NCBI GenBank assembly: GCA_039931975.1
Contig: JBDTQW010000001.1
Location: forward strand, 2,921-66,920
Reading direction: 5' to 3'
Length of the DNA stretch: 64,000 nucleotides
Source: Chloroflexota bacterium
GTDB taxonomy: Bacteria > Chloroflexota > Limnocylindria > Limnocylindrales > CSP1-4
How positions within the stretch are numbered: position 1 is the stretch's first letter; every line of letters starts with the position of its first letter. The notes beneath the pieces were generated by a model that worked only from the letters and a program-made list of their open reading frames with translations, was not told where the DNA came from and searched no databases. This document shows positions 55,292 through 64,000 of this stretch, piece by piece. The position numbers were made by a program, and so were the translations under genes.

Positions 55292-56731
55292 ATGACGCAG
55301 GCTGGCCGGTTCGGCGCCGTCGTCCTGGCGGCCGGGGCCGGTTCGCGCTTTGGAGGTCGCAAGCTCCTGGCGCCCCTCAACGGTCGCCCGGTCCTTGGTC
55401 ACGTCCTCGAGGCGATCCGGGCCGCGGGGCTGAGCGACACGGTCGTGGTCCTCGGTCACGGCGCGGAGGCGATCGAATCGGCGATCCCGTGGGTCGCCGA
55501 GCGGCGGGTCGTCAACGCTGACCCCGACGCCGGGCTGTCGAGCTCGCTTCGTGTCGGCTTCGCCGCGCTCGACCCCGCCGATCTCGTGGGCGTCTTCGTG
55601 GTCCTGGGTGACCAGCCCCAGGTCGATCCGGCCGTGTTCGACGCCCTTCGCCGAGCGGAGGTCCGAGCCGCGGTGGCCTTTGTTGTGCCACGCTACCTCG
55701 GCGGCGGCGGCCCGAACCCGGTCCTCGTCCTGCGCGACGGCTGGCCCCACGTCGCCGCGGCCGACGGCGATCGCGGGCTCGGTCCGATCCTGGCGACCCA
55801 TCCCGAGCTCGTTGCCGAGGTCGAGCTGGGCGGCTCGAACCCGGACGTCGACACCGCGGCCGACCTGGCCGAGCTGGCCTGGGCCGACCGCGTCCGGCGC
55901 AACCGCGACCAGGTCGACCGTCACCGCGAGGTGCCGGACGGACCCGACTTCTACGGCCCGATGACCGGTCTCTTCCGGGCCGATCCCCGGCGGACCGACG
56001 AGCCCCTTCTCGATGCCCTCCGCGCCCTGGCCCGACCGGAGGACAGCTGGCTCGACATCGGCGCCGGCGCAGGCCGCTACGCCCTGCCTCTGGCGTTGCG
56101 CGTCCGAGAGGTCCTCGCCGTCGAGCCGTCGGATGGCATGCGGGCGGCCCTGACCGAGCTGATGGACCAGCACGGGATCGTCAACGTCCGGGTGCTCGCC
56201 GACCGCTGGCCGCCCGAGCCGGGCTCGTCCGCGGCCCAGCTCCGGGCGGACGTCGCCCTTATCGCCAACCTGGGCTATGACATCGAAGCGATCGGCCCGT
56301 TCATCGACTCCATGGAGACCGCGGCCAGCCGGCGCTGCGTGGCCGTCCTGATGGACCGCCAGCCGTCGTCCATCGTCGATCCGTTCTGGCCGCCCATCCA
56401 CGGCGAGGAGCGGGTCGCCCTGCCAGCCCTGCCCGAATTCCTGGACTTTCTCCGGGCCCTCGGCCGCCGGGCCGACGTGGCCCTGTACGACCGGCCGCCG
56501 CGGGGCTTCGACTCGCTCGACGAGCTGCACGGTTTCGTCCGCCGCCAGCTGTGGCTGGCCGAGGGCGGCCGCCAGGACCGCCGTCTGCGCGCCCTGCTCG
56601 AACAGAGTGCCCTGGAGGCCGCCGGGCGCTGGTCGCTGCCATTCGGGCGGACGCGGATCGGGCTCGTCTCCTGGACCCCGGCCGGTGCCGGCTCGACGAC
56701 GGGCGCCGACGCAGCGGCACGGACCGTCTGA
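55292..56731 (+). CDS. Fusion protein: an N-terminal MocA/MobA-like nucleotidyltransferase (molybdenum cofactor cytidylyl/guanylyltransferase-like) joined to a C-terminal class I SAM-dependent methyltransferase
   Basis: The N-terminus is AVVLAAGAGSRFGGRKLLAPLNGRPVL, with an NTP-transferase G-rich loop. The C-terminal half has the LDIGAGAGRYALPLA SAM-binding motif I followed by motif II/III-like segments. Confidence 0.7.
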   Translation: MTQAGRFGAVVLAAGAGSRFGGRKLLAPLNGRPVLGHVLEAIRAAGLSDTVVVLGHGAEAIESAIPWVAERRVVNADPDAGLSSSLRVGFAALDPADLVGVFVVLGDQPQVDPAVFDALRRAEVRAAVAFVVPRYLGGGGPNPVLVLRDGWPHVAAADGDRGLGPILATHPELVAEVELGGSNPDVDTAADLAELAWADRVRRNRDQVDRHREVPDGPDFYGPMTGLFRADPRRTDEPLLDALRALARPEDSWLDIGAGAGRYALPLALRVREVLAVEPSDGMRAALTELMDQHGIVNVRVLADRWPPEPGSSAAQLRADVALIANLGYDIEAIGPFIDSMETAASRRCVAVLMDRQPSSIVDPFWPPIHGEERVALPALPEFLDFLRALGRRADVALYDRPPRGFDSLDELHGFVRRQLWLAEGGRQDRRLRALLEQSALEAAGRWSLPFGRTRIGLVSWTPAGAGSTTGADAAARTV

Positions 56732-56770
56732 GCGGCGGCGCCGGGACAAAGCACGACCGTGGGACCCTCG

Positions 56771-56799
56771 TTGACTCGTCCAGTGGCCGGGCCTATCCT
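56771..56799 (+). promoter_or_regulatory. Sigma-70-like promoter TTGACT-N17-TATCCT upstream of cox cluster 2
   Basis: TTGACT lies at 56771-56776 and TATCCT at 56794-56799 with a 17-nt spacer. It is about 140 nt upstream of coxM2, which has an AGAGGAGGA Shine-Dalgarno sequence. Confidence 0.4.
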
Positions 56800-56938
56800 C
56801 GCGCAACGACCCCGTGCATCGCCGGAACCGGCAGCCGCGTTTCTCATCCTGCTGGACAGGGCGCCAGCCTCGAGTCGACATCCAGCTCGCGCGGCATTCC
56901 CCGTCGCGCATCGTCCCGCGGGGCGCAGAGGAGGACGG

Positions 56939-57811
56939 ATGATCCCGAGTCAGTTCGAGTACGTCCGACCAGCCGGCCTCGACGATGCGCTGCGGATCCT
57001 CGCCGAGCGTGAGGGCGAGGCCAAGGTCCTATCCGGCGGCTACAGCCTCCTGCCGCTCCTCAAGCTGCGGCTGGCTCAGCCCGCCCTCCTGGTCGACATC
57101 CGCGACGTCGATGGCCTCGCCGGGATCGTCGAGACGAATGATGGGCTGCGGATCGGCGGCCGCGTCACGCATCGGCAGATCCACGAGGATCCGGCGATCC
57201 GAGCCGGATATCCGTTGCTGACCGACGCGGCCGGCGGGATCGGAGACCCGCAGATCCGCAACTGGGGCACGATCGGCGGTTCCTGCGCCCACGCCGATCC
57301 CTCCGCCGATTGGCCGGCGGTCCTTCTCGCCGTCCGAGCGACGCTGGTCTGCCAGAGCAGCACTGGGCAGCGCGAGGTGGTCGCCGCCGACTTCTTCATC
57401 GACACCTTCCAGACCGCGATCGAGCCGACCGAGCTGCTGGTCGAGGTCCGGATCCCGCGCTGGCCGAAGGGAAGTGGCGGGGCCTATGCCAAGCTCGAGC
57501 GAAGAGCCGGGGATTTCTCGACGGTCGGCTGCGCGGCGATGATCGAGATCGTGGGCGCTGGCACGATCGGGGACGCCGCGATCGGTCTGACCGCGGTCGC
57601 CGACAGCCCGTTCGCGTCAGCCGGGGCAGCCGCCGCGCTGATTGGCGCCAGCCCGAGCGAGGCGACCTTCCGCGCCGCCGGTGCGGCCGCGGCGAGCGAG
57701 TCGAACCCGGCCGCTGACGGTCACGGACCCGTCGACTACAAGCGGGCCATGGTCGAGGAGATGACCGTCCGGGCCTTGCGCAGCGCCGTCGATCGCGCGC
57801 TGGCGCAATGA
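56939..57811 (+). CDS. coxM: FAD-binding medium subunit, CoxM-like (second copy)
   Basis: The N-terminus is [18 protein letters not shown], followed by [14 protein letters not shown]. It is a paralog of the 48162 gene. The ATG at 56939 is in frame. Confidence 0.85.
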   Translation: MIPSQFEYVRPAGLDDALRILAEREGEAKVLSGGYSLLPLLKLRLAQPALLVDIRDVDGLAGIVETNDGLRIGGRVTHRQIHEDPAIRAGYPLLTDAAGGIGDPQIRNWGTIGGSCAHADPSADWPAVLLAVRATLVCQSSTGQREVVAADFFIDTFQTAIEPTELLVEVRIPRWPKGSGGAYAKLERRAGDFSTVGCAAMIEIVGAGTIGDAAIGLTAVADSPFASAGAAAALIGASPSEATFRAAGAAAASESNPAADGHGPVDYKRAMVEEMTVRALRSAVDRALAQ

Positions 57812-57824
57812 CAGGGAGCGTGCG

Positions 57825-58367
57825 ATGACCACCCAGAAGGTCCACCTCACCGTCAACGGCGAGGCCCGCGAGGCGGAGGTCGAGCCGCGGCTCCTCCTCG
57901 TCCACCTGCTGCGCGACGTGTTCACCTTGACCGGCACCCACATCGGCTGCGACACCAGCAACTGCGGGGCATGCACCATTCTCGTCGACGGCGAAAGCGC
58001 CAAGTCGTGCACGATGCTGGCCCTCAGCGCCGAGGGCCGCGAGATCACGACGATCGAGGGCCTGGCCGACGGTGCCACCCTCCACCCGCTCCAGCAGGCG
58101 TTCTGGGACCAGCACGGCCTGCAATGCGGCTTCTGCACCCCGGGCATGATCATCCAGGCCTCGTGGTTGCTCGCCCGCAATCCCGACCCGTCCGAGGCCG
58201 AGATCCGCGAAGGGATCGCCGGTAACCTCTGCCGCTGCACCGGCTACGTCAACATCGTCAAGGCGATCCAGCAAGCCGCCGGCGAGCTGAGCGCCGTTGC
58301 TGCGGCCCCGGTCGTGGCCGCCGAGACGATCGATCCGGGCGCCGCCGATGCAGCCGCGGCCGGCTGA
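57825..58367 (+). CDS. coxS: [2Fe-2S] small subunit, CoxS-like (second copy)
   Basis: The cysteine motifs [11 protein letters not shown] and CGFCTPGM...CRCTGY are present. It is a paralog of the 45249 gene. Confidence 0.9.
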   Translation: MTTQKVHLTVNGEAREAEVEPRLLLVHLLRDVFTLTGTHIGCDTSNCGACTILVDGESAKSCTMLALSAEGREITTIEGLADGATLHPLQQAFWDQHGLQCGFCTPGMIIQASWLLARNPDPSEAEIREGIAGNLCRCTGYVNIVKAIQQAAGELSAVAAAPVVAAETIDPGAADAAAAG

Positions 58368-58381
58368 GCGAGGCGAACGAG

Positions 58382-58654
58382 ATGGCCGCAGACGCGCTCC
58401 AGACGACGCCCGAAGTGGGCGGCATGGGCCACTCAGTTAAGCGCAAGGAGGATGCCCGCTTCATCCAGGGCCGGGGCGAATACATCGACGACCTGGTCCT
58501 GCCCGGCATGCTCTGGCTGGACATCGTCCGGAGCCCGTACGCCCACGCCCGGATCAAGGGCATCGACGCGACCGAGGCACTGGCGATCCCCGGTGTCCTG
58601 GCGGTTCGCGAGCCGACGGCCTACGTCGGGACCGGCGCCACGACCGGCGGCTGA
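58382..58654 (+). pseudogene. Truncated CoxL-like large-subunit gene. Only the N-terminal ~85 conserved residues remain.
   Basis: GMGHSVKRKEDARFIQGRGEYIDDLVLPGMLWLDIVRSPYAHARIKGIDATEALAIPGVLAV aligns with the N-terminus of the 799-aa CoxL at 45766. The ORF stops 21 nt before coxG. About 700 codons are missing. Confidence 0.65.
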
Positions 58655-58674
58655 GCGATCAGCCCGGAGGAGCG

Positions 58675-59115
58675 ATGCATTTCGAAGGCAGAGTCGAGAT
58701 CGCGGCTCCCCGCGACAAGGTCTGGTCGTTCGTCATCGATCCGACCGAAGTGGGCCAGTGCGGACCGGGTGTCGAGTCGGTCGAGGCCGTCGACGACAGC
58801 CACTTCAAGGCGAAGGCCAAGGTCGGCATCGGCTTCATCCGCGCCCGGTTCAACGCCGACGGCGAGATGATCATCATCTCTCCGCCGGAGCTCGCCGAGG
58901 TGAAGGTCCACGGCCAGGCGCCCGGCAGTGCCGCCGACGCGGTCGCGACGATCAAGCTGAGCCAGGGCGGCGAGGGCATCACGATCATGGACTGGTCGGC
59001 CGAGGTCAACATCTCGGGCACCCTGGCCAGCGTGGGCGCGAGGCTCATCGAAGGCACGGCCAACAAGCTCATCGCTCAGACGTTCGCGTGCATGAAGACC
59101 AAGCTCGAGGGCTGA
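58675..59115 (+). CDS. coxG: CoxG-like SRPBCC-fold protein (carbon monoxide dehydrogenase subunit G family)
   Basis: The protein is 146 aa with a polyketide-cyclase/SRPBCC-like composition. It begins MHFEGRVEIAAPRDKVWSFVIDP. Its position after coxL matches cox clusters. Confidence 0.75.
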   Translation: MHFEGRVEIAAPRDKVWSFVIDPTEVGQCGPGVESVEAVDDSHFKAKAKVGIGFIRARFNADGEMIIISPPELAEVKVHGQAPGSAADAVATIKLSQGGEGITIMDWSAEVNISGTLASVGARLIEGTANKLIAQTFACMKTKLEG

Positions 59116-59124
59116 TCGGACCGC

Positions 59125-62100
59125 TCAGCGCTCGAGCGGCGACTGCGCAGGGGACGCCGATCCTTCGGACGGTCCTCCGGCCGCGACGCCAGCCGACCCC
59201 GCCGGCGCTGGGCGAGACCAGTGCTCGACCCCGATCCTCAGACGCTCCAGGTACGGCGGTGAGCCCAGGCGGGTGAAGATCTCCCCGGCCTCGACGGCTG
59301 CCGCCCGGGCGGCCGGGTCGTCGGGACCGACCAGCGTCGCGAACTCCAGGAGGCACAGGCCCAGATCGAATGGGAGATCGAGCTCGCGGAAGGTCGCGGA
59401 CGCCGCGCGGTACCCCTCGGCGGCCTCCGATCGACCCCCTTCGAGCGCCGCAAGGCCTGCCTGCAGCGACCGCCGGATCGCCCCGGAATACCGGCCGCGT
59501 TCGGGGGCCGCGATCACGAGCTCATAGGCGGACCGAGCCTTCTGGAGATCGCGCATCGAGAGCGCCCAGCGCATCGCAAGCGTGGCGTACACGATTGCCG
59601 GCGCGAGCCTGGCGCCGGTCATCGCCTCGTCGAACGCCTCCTCGACATCGTTGTCCAGACCGACGATCTGTGATCGATCGGAATGCCGCCAAGCCAGGAA
59701 CTCAGGCCGGGAGATATCCGTGGCGACCGCTTCGGAGGCCGACAGCAGCTCCCGCGCCGACCCGGCGTCACCACGCAACGCTGCAATGACCGCACGTGCG
59801 CTCAGGTTGGCGTCCTGATCGTAGGAGCTGAGATCGCCCGCTTCCAGCTCCTCGACGTTTTGTAGGGCACGGTCCCATTCCCCGAAGGCGATGCTGGCCT
59901 TCATCGTGCCCCAGGTCGCCCACCTGTACTGCTCGCCACTGCCAAGCGAGCGCGCCCGTTCGATGGCTTCGAGACTTACTGCATCGGCGGCCCGCGGGTC
60001 GTCGTTCCAGAGCTGTACCGCGAGATTGCTCCGGCCTCGCAGCTCCGCCGTCGTCAGACCATTGGCCGTAGCAAGCTCGATCGCTCCTCGGAGCAGGGCG
60101 ATGCCTTCGACTGGCCTTCCCTCGGTATCGAGGATCGCAGCCTTCGTGACGAGCGCGTCGGCCAGGATCCAGACGGCCTCGAGTGGTTCGGCCATCGCGA
60201 TCGCCCGTTCGATCGTCCCGAGCGCCCGGGGGTCGTAGGTCACCATGTAGGCGCGTCCGAGCTCGGCGTGGAGCGCGATCACGTCAGGTTCTCCGGCAAG
60301 CTCCGAGCAGGCTGCCAAGGCGGACTCGAGCAGGTCGATTGCCTCGGCCGACCGTCCGGTCTCGAAGTACGGCTGAGTCTGCCGGATGGTCATACGGGCA
60401 ACGCCACGGAGATCGCCGATGGAGCGATACCAATCCGACGCTTCCCTCGCGGACCGCTCGGCGACGTCGAACCGCGTCGCGCGATTCGCTGCGACGGCGG
60501 CCGAGTCCATGGTCGCGGCTCGCTCGGCCGGATCTGTCGTGACCGTCAGAGCCTTTTCGAGGTAGCTCAACGCCAGGTCATTCGACCCAAGGGCGGTGGC
60601 CCGGTCGGCGGCGGCCCGCAGGGCGACCCGGGCCTGGGCGGCCAGCGCGTCCGATCCCGGGCCCTGGGGCGTCGCGCGGTACGCGTCGAGGTAGTGGCTG
60701 GCGAGGATGCCGGCCAGCTCCTCGCTGTCGAGTGTCTCGAAATAGCGCGCCGCGGCGATGTGACGGGCACGGCGTTCCTTCTTCGCCAGGGTGTCGTAGA
60801 CGACCTCGCGGATGAGCCCCTGGACGAAGGAGTACTGACCTCGCTCGGGCGACCGGGGGTCTTCGTCGAGGGTGAGGATCTCCTGGCGGACCAGGATCCG
60901 GAGGCTCGGTTCGAGCCGTTCCGTCAATCGTCCCGTCAGGGCGGCGAGGGCGTCCACGGTGAAGGTCTGGCCGAGGACGGCAGCATCCTGGAGCAGCGAC
61001 CGTTCCTCGCCCGCCAACCCGTCGATGCGAGCGGCGATCAGGCCTCGCAGCGACTCGGGGATCGCGAGCTCACGCGCGTCGCCTTCGAGCCGATAACGAC
61101 CATCCGCTGGAACGAGGCGACCTTCGTCGACCAGCATCCGGAAGGTCTCGACGGCGAACAGCGGGACCCCGGCGGCACGCTCGACGATCCGACGCATGAA
61201 TGGCCTGGGCAGGCCAGGGGCGACCCCGTCGAGCAGCCCGGTCATCGCCTCGTCCGACAGTGGCTCCAGGTGGAGCGCGGTGAAGTTGCGCTGGCCGGCC
61301 CCCCAGGTCGGCCGACGGTCGAGCAACTCCGGTCGGGCCAGGGTCACGATGAGGATCCGATGGTTGCGGCTCCACTCCAGGATCGATTCGATGAACGTGA
61401 TGAGCCCGCTGTCGGCCCACTGAAGGTCCTCGAACACCAGGACGACGAGACCTCGCTCGGCGATCCGCTCGAGCAGCCCCCGTGCCGCAGCGAAGGCCTT
61501 CTCCTGGTCTTCCCCGCGGGCCTCGCGGAGCCCGAGAAGGGCCTGCAGCCAGGGCTCGATCTCGCCGCGTGCGGTCTCGTCGGGCACGTACTCGTCGAGC
61601 GCCGCCGCCAGCTTTGTCCGGGCAGTCTCGGCGTCATCGACCTCGGCGATCCCCGCGCGGCCGCGGACCATCTCGGCCAGTGCCCAGAAGGCGATGCCCT
61701 CGCCGTAGGCGGGCGACCGACCCTGGTGCCAGTAGACGTCATGGACGATCCCGTCGATGTACTTCTCCAGCTCCCAGGCGAGCCGGCTCTTGCCGATCCC
61801 GGCGATCCCGGTCACCGACACCAGCCGGGCCCGCTTCTCGTCGTCGACTGCGTGAAGCAGGTCCTTGAGCAGGCGGAGCTCGGCGTCACGTCCCACGAAT
61901 GGCGGTTCCAGCCGATCCACGCGACCACCGCCCCCGCGCATCGCGATCACGCCGATCGCGCGCGAGGCGGCCACCGGAGCCGCCTTGCCGCGGAGCTCCA
62001 GCTCACCGGCCGATTGGGATGCGATGGCCGACTCGGTCGCTCGGCGAGTCGGTTCGTCGATCAGCACAGCACCCGGGGGCGCGACGGACTGGAGGCGCGA

Positions 62101-62679
62101 CGTCGCACTGACCAGGTCCCCGCTGACCAGACCCTGACCCACCGCTCCAACGGCCACGGCCGCCTCGCCGGTCATCACGGCGGCTCGGACAGCCAGCCTC
62201 GGACCGTCCGAGTCGAGACCGAGTGCGCCAACGGCGGCGACCAGGTCGAGGGCCGCCCGGACGGCCCGTTCCGCGTCGTCCTCGAACACGGCCGGTGCAC
62301 CCCAGATGGCCATGACCGCGTCGCCGATGAACTTCTCGACGGTTCCGCCGTAGCGCTCGACGATCACTCGCGCGGTCGCAAAGTAGCGGTCCTGGAGGTC
62401 GCGGATCTCCTCGGCGTCGCGACCTTCGGTCAGCGTCGTGAACCCGACCAGGTCGGCGAACAGGATCGACACCACCCGACGCTCAGTTGCCGGCCCGGCC
62501 GACCCGGCGGCCGTTTCGACAGCGGCCTCCTGGAGCGCCGTGCCGCACTCTCCGCAGAACTTGGCCGCGGGCGAGTTGATCGCTCCGCACGCCGGACAAC
62601 CGGAAAAAAGGCGAGTCCCGCACTCGTGACAGAACTTGCGTCCCGGCTCGTTCTCGGTTGAGCAGCTGGGACAGCGCAC
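59125..62679 (-). CDS. Second zinc-ribbon / nucleotidyl-cyclase / STAND-ATPase / TPR protein, a paralog of 41517..45104 in the opposite orientation
   Basis: The N-terminus is MRCPSCSTEN...CHECG / CPACG...CGECG. The cyclase core is RVVSILFADLVGFTTLT...GGTVEKFIGDAVMAIWG. Walker A is VTGIAGIGKSRLAWE and Walker B-like is VLVFEDLQWAD. The N-terminal ~700 aa are nearly collinear with the paralog. Confidence 0.85.
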   Translation of the reverse strand: MRCPSCSTENEPGRKFCHECGTRLFSGCPACGAINSPAAKFCGECGTALQEAAVETAAGSAGPATERRVVSILFADLVGFTTLTEGRDAEEIRDLQDRYFATARVIVERYGGTVEKFIGDAVMAIWGAPAVFEDDAERAVRAALDLVAAVGALGLDSDGPRLAVRAAVMTGEAAVAVGAVGQGLVSGDLVSATSRLQSVAPPGAVLIDEPTRRATESAIASQSAGELELRGKAAPVAASRAIGVIAMRGGGGRVDRLEPPFVGRDAELRLLKDLLHAVDDEKRARLVSVTGIAGIGKSRLAWELEKYIDGIVHDVYWHQGRSPAYGEGIAFWALAEMVRGRAGIAEVDDAETARTKLAAALDEYVPDETARGEIEPWLQALLGLREARGEDQEKAFAAARGLLERIAERGLVVLVFEDLQWADSGLITFIESILEWSRNHRILIVTLARPELLDRRPTWGAGQRNFTALHLEPLSDEAMTGLLDGVAPGLPRPFMRRIVERAAGVPLFAVETFRMLVDEGRLVPADGRYRLEGDARELAIPESLRGLIAARIDGLAGEERSLLQDAAVLGQTFTVDALAALTGRLTERLEPSLRILVRQEILTLDEDPRSPERGQYSFVQGLIREVVYDTLAKKERRARHIAAARYFETLDSEELAGILASHYLDAYRATPQGPGSDALAAQARVALRAAADRATALGSNDLALSYLEKALTVTTDPAERAATMDSAAVAANRATRFDVAERSAREASDWYRSIGDLRGVARMTIRQTQPYFETGRSAEAIDLLESALAACSELAGEPDVIALHAELGRAYMVTYDPRALGTIERAIAMAEPLEAVWILADALVTKAAILDTEGRPVEGIALLRGAIELATANGLTTAELRGRSNLAVQLWNDDPRAADAVSLEAIERARSLGSGEQYRWATWGTMKASIAFGEWDRALQNVEELEAGDLSSYDQDANLSARAVIAALRGDAGSARELLSASEAVATDISRPEFLAWRHSDRSQIVGLDNDVEEAFDEAMTGARLAPAIVYATLAMRWALSMRDLQKARSAYELVIAAPERGRYSGAIRRSLQAGLAALEGGRSEAAEGYRAASATFRELDLPFDLGLCLLEFATLVGPDDPAARAAAVEAGEIFTRLGSPPYLERLRIGVEHWSRPAPAGSAGVAAGGPSEGSASPAQSPLER

Positions 62680-62769
62680 GCGCCTGCCCTCCTCGGCGAC
62701 CTAGGTATGGGCCGGAGCGTAGACCAATCCGTGGGGGAGCGGAAGCCGCTCGTCCGCCATGATGGGCCG

Positions 62770-63408
62770 ATGCAGATCGTAAGCCGGGTCGTCGGTCCGA
62801 TCGCCACGAACGTCCACCTGCTGGCCGACGAGCGGTCGCGCGAGGCGATCGCCATCGACACCGCGATCCCCTCACTCGACTGGATCGCGGGGGAGCTGGC
62901 CGATCGCGGCTGGACGCTGAAGCTGATCGTGTCGACCCACGGCCATTGGGATCACATCGGCGACAACGCCGCGGTCTCGGAGCACACCGGTGCCGAGATC
63001 GCGGTCCACCCCCTCGATCGTGACCGATTGACCGATCCCCAGCCGGTCTGGGCCCCCTTCCCGATCCCACCGTCGGTACCCGCGGTCGAGCTCGCCGAGG
63101 GCGGCTTCGTGCGCTTCGGGCGGATCCGCCTCGAGGTCCTGCACACGCCGGGCCACACCGAGGGCTCGGTCTGCCTGCTCGCCTCGGACGACGGCATCCT
63201 CCTCAGCGGCGACACCCTGTTCGCCGGCGGGTGGGGCCGGGTCGACCTGCCCGGTGGCTCACCCGAGGCGATGGCCGGGTCAATCGCCCGCCTGGCCGGC
63301 CTCGAGGACCGCCTCCGGGTCCTGCCTGGACACGGCCCCGAGACGACGATCCAACGCGAGCGCGCCTGGATGGACCTGGTCGCCAGTCAGCGGCGTCTCT
63401 TCGCCTAG
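62770..63408 (+). CDS. MBL-fold metallo-hydrolase (hydroxyacylglutathione hydrolase-like)
   Basis: The HGHWDH metal-binding motif is present, as are HTPGHT and downstream His/Asp ligands. The ATG at 62770 is in frame with the track ORF. Confidence 0.8.
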   Translation: MQIVSRVVGPIATNVHLLADERSREAIAIDTAIPSLDWIAGELADRGWTLKLIVSTHGHWDHIGDNAAVSEHTGAEIAVHPLDRDRLTDPQPVWAPFPIPPSVPAVELAEGGFVRFGRIRLEVLHTPGHTEGSVCLLASDDGILLSGDTLFAGGWGRVDLPGGSPEAMAGSIARLAGLEDRLRVLPGHGPETTIQRERAWMDLVASQRRLFA

Positions 63409-63480
63409 CGTTGTCGCTCAGTTGGCAACTCGGCACGCGCGGATGCAAGGATCCACCGTTCTGCGGCGTATAGAGACGTG

Positions 63481-64000
63481 ATGGACCAGGAGCTCCGCCG
63501 GCAGGCTGTCGATCGGGCGTATCGCGACCACGCCCAGGACGTATACCGAGTGGCCTTCGCGATCCTGCGCGAGTCCGAAGCGGCGGTGGATGCGACCCAC
63601 GACACGTTCGCTCGTGCGTTCGAGCGCTGGGAGCAGTACGACGCCAATCGTCCCCTGCGCGGTTGGCTCCACGGGATCGTCACCCATGCCGCCTTGGACG
63701 CGCTCCGCCGGCGCCGCGTGCGCCAGCTGGCCATGCCCGTCCTGGGCCGGATCGGCGAGCTCGACCTATCCGGCACCGGGCGCGGCGGCGATCCGGCGAT
63801 CGAGGTGGTCCGGCGTCGGATCGTCGACGAGGGCCTCGCCAGGCTGCGACCCGACGCCCGCGCGGCGATCGTCCTGCGTCACTACTACGGGTACGACTAC
63901 GCCGAGATCGCCGGCTTCCTCCGGACGAGTCCAGGCAACGTCGGCTCGATCCTGTCGCGTGCCCACGCGGTCCTCCGCGAACTCCTGTCGGCTGACGGGA
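63481..64000 (+). CDS. ECF sigma factor, partial; it runs off the right edge
   Basis: Region 2 is HAQDVYRVAFAILRESEAAVDATHDTFARAFERW and region 4 is ARAAIVLRHYYGYDYAEIAGFLRTSPGNVGSILSRA. No stop codon occurs before the window ends. Confidence 0.7.
   Translation, partial: MDQELRRQAVDRAYRDHAQDVYRVAFAILRESEAAVDATHDTFARAFERWEQYDANRPLRGWLHGIVTHAALDALRRRRVRQLAMPVLGRIGELDLSGTGRGGDPAIEVVRRRIVDEGLARLRPDARAAIVLRHYYGYDYAEIAGFLRTSPGNVGSILSRAHAVLRELLSADG

Noticed and set aside
1-64000. CRISPR arrays, IS elements, prophage genes, toxin-antitoxin pairs
   Set aside because: No regularly spaced direct repeats were seen. Translated ORFs show no transposase, integrase, capsid/terminase or classic TA-pair signatures.

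Overview
This is a high-GC (~70%) chromosomal segment, most likely from an actinobacterium. Supporting this are frequent GTG starts and overlapping stop/start codons, an LCP-family protein, a PknB-like Ser/Thr kinase, an MtrAB-like two-component pair, several ECF sigma factors and aerobic cox-type molybdoenzyme genes. Gene density is high on both strands, and most long ORFs antisense to real genes are GC-driven artefacts. I found no transposase, integrase or CRISPR array.

Gene content, left to right:
- A partial ArsR regulator and a threonine/serine dehydratase.
- A DUF1025 metallopeptidase, an alpha/beta hydrolase and an HDAC-family deacetylase.
- folE.
- A B12-binding mutase small subunit, meaB, hbd, a truncated thiolase stub and an aldehyde dehydrogenase.
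- An RCK-gated K+ channel and tRNA-Lys(CTT).
- An EAL phosphodiesterase, two small ORFs, an HD-GYP phosphodiesterase, an MFS transporter and an LCP protein.
- carA-carB, preceded by PyrR-box-like RNA motifs and a leader ORF.
- A polytopic membrane protein and a secreted C39-like peptidase.
- An ArsR-fusion regulator divergent from an M16 peptidase pair.
- An acidic secreted protein, an ECF sigma and an anti-sigma factor.
- A PfkB-like stub, an SRAP/YedK protein, a TPR-rhomboid protease, a histidine kinase with its response regulator, a Ser/Thr kinase and a MetE-like protein.
- A ~21 kb block of two aerobic-type (form II CoxL-like) molybdenum hydroxylase clusters. Cluster 1 is complete, with coxS, coxL, coxM, coxD, coxE and xdhC/coxF. 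Cluster 2 has coxM and coxS, a coxL reduced to an N-terminal stub, and coxG.
- Two inverted, paralogous ~1190-aa zinc-ribbon/nucleotidyl-cyclase/STAND-ATPase/TPR genes bracketing that block.
- A PLP decarboxylase and a MocA-like nucleotidyltransferase fused to a SAM methyltransferase, sitting between the two cox clusters.
- An MBL-fold hydrolase and a second, partial ECF sigma at the right edge.

The strongest candidate for an undescribed system is the duplicated Mo-hydroxylase locus together with its two cyclase-STAND-TPR paralogs and the decarboxylase/MocA-MTase insert.

Coordinates derived by hand from the sequence text may be off by ±1 nt in places. Coordinates taken from the ORF track are used wherever possible.
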